A stretch of DNA of 64,000 nucleotides from positions 8,558,001 to 8,622,000 of the forward strand of contig CM075990.1 of the NCBI GenBank assembly GCA_038087875.1, given 5' to 3'. The first letter of the stretch is position 1. Each line of letters starts with the position of its first letter. This document shows positions 54,750 to 64,000 of the stretch, piece after piece. The notes under the pieces are model-generated. The model saw only the letters and a program-made list of their open reading frames with translations, was not told where the DNA came from and did no database searches. The position numbers and the translations under genes were made by a program. Origin of the DNA: Malacoraja senta. Lineage: Eukaryota.

Positions 54750-55330
54750 CAAGAGTCAAAAGTGTTTTATATGCCCCAGATAGGACAATGACATTCTTGC
54801 TTGCTGCTGCACAACAGAATATGCAAACATTGTACATAACGGGAGAAAAAAAGTTCAGTATGTGTAAATACACATGCACACATACTCTATAAATATAGTG
54901 CAATAATAATAATAATAGTCTGTTGTAGCTCAGAGCTTATTTGTTGTTGTGTTTAATAGCCTGATGGCTGTTGGGAAGAAGCTGTTCCTGAACCTGGACG
55001 ATACATTTTTCAGGCTCCTGTACCATCTTCCCGATGGCAACGGTGAGATGAGTGTGTGGCCAGGATGGTGTGGGTCTTTGAAGATGTTGGCTGCCTTTTT
55101 GAGGCTGCGACTTTGATAGATCCCTTCGTTGGTGAGGAGGTCAGAGCCAGTGATGGACTGGGCAGTGGTCACAACTTTTTGCAGTCATATCCGCTCCTGG
55201 ACATTCAAGTTGCCGAACCAGGCCACGATGCAACCAGTCAGTATGCTCTCTACTGTGCACCTGTAGAATCCTCCTTGACATACCGACTCTCCGTAATCTT
55301 CTCAGGAAGTAGAGGCACTGATGTGCCTTT
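54750..55330 (-). mobile_element. Rex/Babar-clade LINE 3' end
   Basis: KAHQCLYFLRRLRR and DPHHPGH.L.S.LPSGR.YRS....SRFRNSFFPTAIRLLN C-terminal signature. Inserted within a CR1 remnant. Confidence 0.8.
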
Positions 55331-56441
55331 GTAATTGTATCAGTACCTGCCCAAGTCTTTTTCAAATGTTGTTATAGTACCTGCCTCAGTTACCTCCTCT
55401 GGCAGCTCATCCTATATACCTACCGATGGAGATTCTATTTTAATGTCTTTCAGCAACAGCGGTGAATCTGTGGAATTAATTGTCACAGATGGCTGTGGAG
55501 GCCAAGTCAATGGATATTTTTAAGGCGGAGATAGATAGATTCTTGATTAGTACGGGTGTCATGGGGAGAAGGCAGCAGAATGGGGATGAGAGGGAGAGAT
55601 AGATCATCTGTGATTAAATTGATGGGCCAAATGGCCTAATTCTGCTCCTATCACTTATGAACATGAACAACTGTGGCTGTATCACTTTTTACAACAAACT
55701 TCTGACTCAATTACTTCAGTTCTCTTCTGTTGAACATTTCATCACAGTCAGGTACAGGGAAATATACAAGGCCTTTTAGACAGTGTGGTGTCTCTCCTTT
55801 TACATTCATTTTGTGGATGCAAATTTTGTGGATACTCTATTGATTTTCCAGTTGATTCCAACTGCCTGCACAGTAACAGTTGTGATATTAATCCTATGTG
55901 TTTTTTAATCAGTATTTCCCCCACACTTCTCATCAATCCCAGCCAAGACAACACCTCCCCTCTCTCCCATCTACTTCCCCATCCCATGTTTGTATCCCAG
56001 TCGTTTACATATAAAACCTTCATATAGACACAAAATGCTGGAGTAACTCAGCGGGACAGGCAGCATCTCTGGATAGAAGATCCAGATCTCTGGATCTCTG
56101 GGTGACGTTTCAGGTCGAGACCCTTCATCAGACTGAGCGTCAGGGGTGAGGGAGTTACAGAGATGAGGAAGTGTAAGAGATCTAAAGAAAATCTTAATTG
56201 TATCAGTTTTGTATCATGCAAGATAAAACATTCAATTGGTCTCATTTAGTCATAGTGTCCTCTCGGTGACAATTTCAAGATTAAGAAATAGTTTGTTTGG
56301 AAATGGCAATATTTTGATCTTGCAGAATCATTCTTTAATCCAAACTGCTAGTCGATTATCAGCTTATAAAAATCAGCACTCATTTAATGATCAGAATCTT
56401 TATAATGCTTTGCCTGTACTGGCTCATATAATAGCAACATA

Positions 56442-56825
56442 TAATAGTTGAAGGAATGTCGGCGAGCCCCCGGCAGGCCAAAGAAACGCTTCAAGGACAA
56501 CATCAAGAACAGTCTGAAGAAATTCCATATCACTGGGAGCACATTGCACTAGACAGGCGCTCCTGGAGGAAATCCGTGCAGGAAGGAGCTGCACTTGACG
56601 AAATGGAACTACGCCGTGTCGCAGAGACAAAGCGACAGCACCGTAAGGAGAGAGAGAAGGGGGCTCGACGACTACCAACCACCGCCAGTCTCCACTGCCC
56701 ACGTTGCAACAAGGTGTGTGGATCACAGTTCGGCCTCTACAGACATCTGCAGACCCACAAGTCGATGATCCTATGGAGAGAACAGTCATACTCTTTTTGA
56801 GTGATCACTGATGATGATGATGATG
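56442..56825 (+). mobile_element. 5'-truncated RTE-clade LINE
   Basis: GRPKKRFKD and WE..A.DR..WR motifs, C-terminal C2H2 finger CPRC..GLYRHLQTH, (gat)n tail, 12-bp TSD aatagcaacata (56430-41, 56826-37). Confidence 0.85.
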
Positions 56826-59800
56826 AATAGCAACATACAATGCTGAAAAGGTTCTGATGAATGGCCATTGATCTGAAATTGTAACTTTGTTTTTTTTTCT
56901 CTTCTATCAATGCTGCCTAACTTGCAGAGTATTTTGAGCAGGTTCTTTTTTTCATGATTTCAGATTTCCAGGATGTGCAGTGCTTTGATTTTTTTTGCCT
57001 TTATCAGTCTGTCTCTGTTTTGTTCCTCTTTGGTTATAATATCAATTCTATTCCAAACCACAGAATCTCTCAGCTGTCTTTGATCTGTCAAAGTAGTGCA
57101 AACACTTTTCAAATATTTATACCCTGAGCCAAATACCATGTATTGCTCAGGATTTGTATGCTTGGAGCCTTTTCAGTCCTGTGAGTCTGCGCTTCATTGA
57201 TGCCACAGGTATCATTGGTGTCATTGGTGTCAGGATATAGTTATTGGTTTATTATTTTCACGAGGGCTGAGATACAATGACAAATTTTGTTTGCATGCTA
57301 TCGAGTCAGGTTGCACTGTACATGGGTATAATACACAATTACAACAGGTAGTATAAAGAAAATAATAAAAGTGCAGAATATAGTTTTACAGCCTTATAAT
57401 GTTACAGATTGTGTTGACATTGGAGCATTATTATTAGTTTAGTATAGAGATACAGCATGGAAACAGGCCCTTCGGCCCACCGGGTCTGCGCTGACTAGCG
57501 ATCCCTGCACATTAACACTATCCTCCACCCACTAGGGACAATCTTTACATTTACCAAGCCAATTAACCTACAAACCTGTACGTCTTTGGAGTGTGGGAGG
57601 AAACCGAAGATCTCGGAGAAAATCCATGCAGGTCACGGGGAGAATATACAAACTCCGTACAGACAGCACCCGTAGTCGGGATCGAACCCGGGTATCCGGC
57701 GCTGCATTCGCTGTAAGGCAGCAACTCTACCTCTCTGCCGCCGTGAATGTTCTGAGTTATGTTTATGCTTATGTTCCATATGTCTGTGGCCGTTCCCATC
57801 CACATCTATTAGAATTTTGCATCAGTTGAGTGAAAACTTTCCTCTGCAACTGTGGCCTTGATTCAGACTCTGACAATACAACGAAAGTTACTCCAAATTG
57901 AACCCGGGTTACTACAAAAATCTGCACAACTTGTTGTTATTCCTCATTTTTTTTTTCCATAAAGAGAACCAAAGGATGGTTAGGACTCTAAAGAGGTTTG
58001 AAGTGCCCGCGTGAATCATTCAATATGAAATTACTGACTGATACATCATGAGACGTCCATAACAACACCATATAATACACTGTAAGCTAATAAACAATAA
58101 CACTTGTGTAGGAAGGAACTGCAGATGCTGGTTTAAACCGAAGATAGACACAAAATGCTGCAGTTACTCAGTGGGACAGACAGCATCTCGGAAAAAAAAG
58201 AATAGGTGATGTTTTGGGCCGAAACCCTTCTTCTAACAATTGATCATTTGAATGCTCTTTGCCTTTGCAGGGGTGATTGTTGTGATAAAAATCACTTGCT
58301 GAAGAAATCAGAATTTAGCTTTAAGTATCACAGTATTTAGTGTTTTATCTGTTGGGTTCTTATTTGCCAGTGTTAGCATTTTATTTTAACAACCATTTAC
58401 TGCAGATGGTAGTCACGGACTGGAGGGCTTTGATCAGCAATGTGGCCAAAGGAGCCAATGGAGATAGATGAAGCAAAATAATTCATGGGGCGATATTGAT
58501 CGCTGGTTGAAGTGTGGGGGAGAATTGTGTTGATTACTGGTGGTAGCAGGCATCATCAAAACGTCAATGTATTGAAACGAGTTACGCCTCAATGCAATTG
58601 TCATCGCACTGCCTGTTGATCACTCTGCGGTCTTCCTTCCTATACATATTGTGATGAGCAAACACATTAGAAGGGAAGCTGCTGTCACTAATGAAGAAAA
58701 ATCTCTTAAAGTCAATGAGCTTCCTGCAAAATAAAACGTGCAAGAAGATAATTGGTAGTCGGATAAGGATGGGCAACAATTACAGAGTGAGTGCTGTCAC
58801 TCATTGCAAAACATGCCACATAAAATACATCATTAAACACGTTTAAGAAGCAATTACAAAATTATCTTGCAATTATGAATTGTAGAGATTATTTTAACCT
58901 TTACATTGGCAGTTCTGAGAGGAAGACGAATGAAATGAAAATTATAATATTTTAATAAAATATTTCCCATATAATAAAATAAAAATAAAATTACTTCTGG
59001 ACCTTATTATTCCTGCTGCTGGCACAAGATTTTTAGACGGGAGATCCAGTAATATGTCCATCAACTAAATGGTGCTCAGAATATCTATATCTATCTTTTA
59101 GAGCTGCGCAGCCTGCCTTTGGGATAATCACTGACTGATGCATCACAAGATGTCTATAACAATACCGTGCAATATACTGTAAGCTAATAAACAAAAGGAG
59201 CCTGCCATTGGAATAAAGGAGATCACGGAGATTAATATGGCAAAGTTCAGTAAATAATCTAATTTGTGAAGCATACCGTAAGATCTAATGTTAACCAGTA
59301 ATCATGAGGATTTTATTTGTTATGGTTCCTTGAATCATATTATAATCTCAAAATTAATTTTAGGAGTCAAGACTCGACACATGAGAATCAGACTTATGCT
59401 TGCAGATATGACTAGAGGCTTAATGGGTTCATGTGGTCATCCTCTGTTCAGAATCAGTCCATCTATTTTTATGAGTTAATGCCGCTGCTAAATTGCAGAA
59501 AGGAAAATTCATGTAAGCGCATTAAGTAGTTCTCCATTAAAGCCTTCTTCTCTGGCTGTTAGCAGATCCTCTGACCCTATCATTTCAAATCCACTTTCTA
59601 ACACTGTTCATTCAAACATCACCCCGAAAAGCTGTGCAGGGAGGAACTGCAGATGCTGCTTTAAACCAAAAACAGACATAAAAGGCTGGTATAACTCAGC
59701 ATCCCTGGAGAAAAGGAATAGGTGACGTTTCGGGTCCAGACCCTTCTTCAGATCCCAAAAAGCTGCTTCTTTGCCCACTATTTGGGATTCCATAGACTCC

Positions 59801-59828
59801 CATCTCACAAACCAGCATGGGTTAAAGC

Positions 59829-60053
59829 ATATTGTTGGAAGGAACTGCAGATGCTGGTTTAAATCGAAGATAGACACAAAATGCTGGAGTAACTCAGTGG
59901 GACAGGCAGCATCTCTGGAGAGAAGGAATGGGTGATGTTTCGGTTCGAGACCCTTCTTCAGACGTTTGGATCTTGACCCGAAACGTCACCCATTCCTTCT
60001 CTCCAGAAATGCTGCCTGTCCAGCTGATTTACTGCAGCATTTTGTATCTATCT
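59829..60053. mobile_element. Inverted pLTR pair with 11-bp TSD
   Basis: tgggttaaagc at 59818-28 and 60054-64 encloses both arms. Confidence 0.75.
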
Positions 60054-60734
60054 TGGGTTAAAGCTTGTGTGCCCTACTATTGTATTAGTCTTGCATTCTA
60101 GTTTGAAGGAGGTCGCATTAAACATCCCCATTGTGGCTCCACCCTGAATTGCAATGAGAGTAACCACACTTCAGGAATGATGGCAAGTTTTTGGGGAAGG
60201 TGTAGACGAGATTTAGTGGAATGGCCCAAGAATTGAAAGACCATTGTGAAGAGTCTTCAGAAGCTAGGTTTGGCCTTCTTGTAGCAAAGAAATGCAAGGT
60301 ATGATTTAATGGAGGTGTTCAAAGTTACTTTGATGAAGCATCTAAGGAGAAATAATTGCTATTGATGGGAAGCAATAACATGCTGGGAAATGAGGAGAAT
60401 TTTACTTACATCCTGTGATTTGAAAAGGGGGTGGTGGAACCAGGTTTGGTAGTAACTTTCAAAAGTCAATGGAAGATATTATGCAAAAGAAAACCAATTT
60501 GGGAGTGGGGGTGGGTCCTATGTCCATGAATGGTCCTTGATTACATTGGCTGCTTTCCCACATCAATGTGAAGTGTAGCTAGAGTTAATGGTGTTAAGGC
60601 TGGTTTGTGTGATGGACTGGGACTGCATCCACAACTCTCTGTGGTCTTGGATGCGGCAGTTACCAAATCATGCTATGATACATCGAGATAGGAGAAGTGG
60701 TAACGATCATTGGAAACATGCTGAATTTGCTTAA

Positions 60735-60972
60735 AGGGCCTGTCCCACTTTCACGACCTAATTCATGACCTCTGCCGAGTTTGCCCTTGACTCATACTCG
60801 CAGCATGGTCGTCACGAGGTCGTAGGAGGTCGTAGGTAGGTCGTAGTAGGTTGTGATGCTAGTCGTAGGTACTCGTGGCATCAAGTAGGTCAGGGCGTTT
60901 TTTCTAGCCTGATGAAAAATGTCCACGAGTAAAAAAGGTCGTGAATTAGGTCCTGAAAGTGGGACAGGCCCT
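60735..60972. mobile_element. PIF/Harbinger-type MITE inside a decayed Rex/Babar-like LINE (~60580-61500, minus strand)
   Basis: TIR agggcctgtcccactttcacgacctaattca / tgaattaggtcctgaaagtgggacaggccct; flanks taa/tta. Confidence 0.85.
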
Positions 60973-61812
60973 TTAGTCTTCTGATGAAGTCACTGATGAA
61001 GTTGAGGCGTTGGTGTACTTTCTTGGTTATAGCATCAATGTGGTTGTACCAAAACAAATTGGTGGCGATATTTGCACCTCTGAACATTAAGCTCTTGACT
61101 CCCTTCACTCTGGCACTATTGATACTGTTGTGTGAGGTTCATCTTTTGACAACTAGCTCCTTTGTTTTGTTGGCATTGTGGGACAGGTTGTTGTATTGAC
61201 ACCAGGTCACTAAGCTCTCTACTTCCTGTACTTTGTCTGGCTATTACTGGAGATCCAGCCCCCAACAGTGGCGTCATTTGCTAACTTGGAAAAGGTGTTA
61301 GAGCAGGAGTGTTGAGGGAATATCACAAAGGGCTGAAAACACAGCCTTGTGCCCCAGCATTGTACTCATTGTAGTAGTGTTGAGAATTTTCATGGAGGAT
61401 ATTTTGTCACCAACCAGTCCTTGTGTCGGGAAGTCAAGGATCCAAGGATTGGACAGGGGAGCAGTGAGCCAGAGGACCAGGAGTTTGGAGATGAATTTGC
61501 TTGGAGTTATGGTAGTGAAGGCAGAGCTATAGTCAATGATGTGGGACTACTCTGCCCACTTTTGCTATAGGCCTTATATGGAAAGAATATCCATTGAACT
61601 CTGGGGCCTGGTGTTGGATCCAATCGCATTTGGTCATGAACCCACCCACTCTGCTTCCTTCCCACCAGACAACCCATCAGTTACACAACCTGCTTACTTT
61701 ACATCCTATCTATTGCACACTTTGTCCAGTTTTCATCCAAGCAGGCCCAATTTGACCATCATCCATCCTCCCCATTAGACTACTATATCTCTTGTTTCTC
61801 TAATCCCTAACC

Positions 61813-61846
61813 AGTCTGAAGAAGGGTCTCAACCCGAAACGTCACC
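61813..61846 (+). ncRNA. Minimal type-I hammerhead ribozyme motif within a pLTR (~61780-61946)
   Basis: CTGAAGA-A-GGGT(ctca)ACCC-GAAAC-GTC at 61816-61843 contains all core nucleotides. Stem III is reduced to palindromic ACGT. Activity untested. Confidence 0.65.
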
Positions 61847-61974
61847 CATTCCTTCTCTCCAGAGATGCTGCCTGTCCCACTGAGTTGCTCCAGCTTTTTG
61901 TGTCTATCTTCAGTTTACTCTGGCATCTGAAGTTCCTTCCTACACATTTCGACTACCCACCATGTCTTCCCCTT

Positions 61975-62562
61975 GTTATACAGTTGTACAGGGTCTTGGT
62001 GAGACCACACCTGGAGTATTGCATACAGTTTTGGTCTCCTAATCTGAGGAAAGACATTCTTGCCATAGAGGGAGTACAGAGAAGGTTCACCAGACTGATT
62101 CCTGGGATGTCAGGACTTTCATATGAAGAAAGACTGGATAGACTCGGTTTGTACTCGCTAGAATTTAGAAGATTGAGGGGGGATCTTATAGAAACGTACA
62201 AAATTCTTAAGGGGTTGGACAGGCTAGATGCAGGAAGATTGTTCCCAATGTCGGGGAAGTCCAGAACAAGGGGTCACAGTTTAAGGATAAGGGGGAAATC
62301 TTTTTTCAAGTTGAGGAAAACATTTTTCACACAGAGAGTGGTGCATCTCTGGAATTCTCTGCCACAGAAGGTAGTTGAGGCCAGTTCATTGGCTATATTT
62401 AAGAGGGAGTTAGATGTGGCCCTTGTGGCTAAAGGGATCAGGGGGTATGGAGAGAAGGCAGGTACAGGATACTGAGTTGGATGATCAGCCATGATCATAT
62501 TGAATGGCGGTGCAGGCTCGAAGGGCCGAATGGCCTACTCCTGCACCTATTTTCTATGTTTC
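61975..62562 (+). mobile_element. Young CR1 LINE 3' end
   Basis: ORF 61885..62475: QLYRVLVRPHLEYC..GYGEKAGTGY, followed by the CR1 tail. Confidence 0.93.
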
Positions 62563-63829
62563 TATACTCTGCCCCCCACACACATTGTCTGTTGCATACA
62601 TGTTCACTCTTCACACCTCTCGCAAAATGCCTTGACTATCGCCTATACCCCTATTATGTACCTACCTGTTCTTCACACTCTGAGCACATCCACCAATGCC
62701 TATTTAACACACACAGATTTTGCACATTGATGAATCGAAGGACTTGATCTTTGGACCAAGGAATTATATTGTGAAACTGCCACTATCTTGAACCAGTTTA
62801 GGAACCAAATTCTCAAGGCTATTTCGAGAATTGTTAATGCATGAAATGGGATGTGTTATTTTGGCAGTGACAGGTGCCTTTATGAGTCTGGGCGATAATA
62901 TTACTGGCGGAGTGTGAGAAGTCTTTCCTGTGATGTTTTCTGTGTGGGCATTGATAAAATTCTCAGAGGTGAGATTGCACATAATTCCACAATTATGCCT
63001 TTTGAAATTGCACAGACAATCACCTTTTAAAATTCGATAGATGTTTCAGCCACTAGTTTTTAACTGGTTAATAGGCCTGGCTCACAAAGCTCCTCTATTT
63101 AATGACTGCCATTAAAAGATCGATTGTTCCATTTCAATGCTAAAGTCTGGAATCTTTCACTCTCGGTGAATGCTCCCCAACAATTTCCTCTCGGCCACAA
63201 AATTTGGCAATTCCAAGCTGTGTGAAGTCAGATTAAGCCCTGGTGCTCAGTCGATCACCAGCATAGGCTTGTGGTACAATCCGAGATGCCCTTTGACTCC
63301 AACAAATACTAGAGAAGATTAAAAAGTTGCTGTCACGCTTTATTGATTTTTTTTCCACTTAAAACACAATTTCGAGTCCATTTATCGATGCGGTTCAAAT
63401 ACTAACATTCTTACGATGCATTCCTGATAGAAACGAGCCTACATTTTAATTGTTCCAGCTTATTTGTACTTGGGCTGAAATTGAAAGAGATGAGTCATGC
63501 TTTAATGGGTAAGGAAACAGAGGAACAGCATTAATAGATAGGAGAGAGTTCTAATTTACTCTGGCTGTTATGAATAATAAATAAATGTTTATCCCTTTTG
63601 TCTCCCAGCCACGTCTTCTTTTTATGTTTATCTTTAATTCTAATTACTGGTCTGTTGTGATTCCCTTGGTGCTGAAGCAGTCTGTCACAAGGTGTACGAG
63701 CTCAGGGAAATACAGCTGGTTAGTGGGGACACAGAAGTCAGACGGAGGTCTCTATTCTCTTGAAAAGGACATTTCATAATTACATAAATGGGCCTTAGCT
63801 GTCCAAAAGTACTGCAGAGTATCCACTTG

Positions 63830-63983
63830 GGGCATTGTGGCGTTGTGGTAGGGTTGATGCATTGCTGTGACAAAACCTGGGTTTGATCCTGACTATGGGT
63901 GCTGTCTGTATGGAGTTTGTACGTTTTCCCCATGACCATGTAGGTTTTCTCCGGTTGCTCCTGTTTCCACCACACTCCAAAGA
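63830..63983 (+). mobile_element. HE1-type V-SINE 5' half, interrupted by a minus-strand CR1 tail at the window end
   Basis: SINE head through ccacactccaaagac, then (caataga)n, the reverse complement of the CR1 tail at ~50105. Confidence 0.7.
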
Positions 63984-64000
63984 CAATAGACAATAGACAA

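Noticed and set aside
58582..58724. Minus-strand exon-like segment (ttttgcAG...GTaact)
   Set aside because: No recognisable protein and no partner exons for an antisense gene.

Overview
Vertebrate genomic DNA. The repeat content (HE1/V-SINEs, HER1/CR1 LINEs, Rex/Babar, RTE) points to a cartilaginous fish, probably a skate or ray (inference). The window lies inside one large + strand gene, glutamate receptor ionotropic delta-1 (GRID1/GluD1). Four internal phase-0 coding exons of the amino-terminal domain are present (15709-15762, 39413-39586, 45960-46121, 52437-52556; by recalled homology, exons 5-8). I found neither the preceding nor the following exon. The introns are dense with mobile elements: CR1 LINE 3' ends, tRNA-derived V-SINEs, five PIF/Harbinger-type MITEs sharing one terminal motif, an internally deleted Gypsy (CsRn1-like) element with an open gag frame, L1, RTE and Rex/Babar fragments, and a ~1.4 kb (CA)n/(CT)n microsatellite. 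The most interesting signal is a short repeat present in more than 30 copies. It carries a minimal type-I hammerhead ribozyme core (CTGAAGA-A-GGGTCTCGACCC-GAAAC-GTC), often forms inverted pairs with 7-17 bp TSDs, and resembles Penelope-like pseudo-LTRs. It is repeatedly associated with 50-190 bp copies of otherwise unique sequence taken from 1-8 kb away in the same window. Most ORFs in the track are repeat-derived or spurious. Repeat boundaries were read by eye and are approximate unless a TSD is cited.
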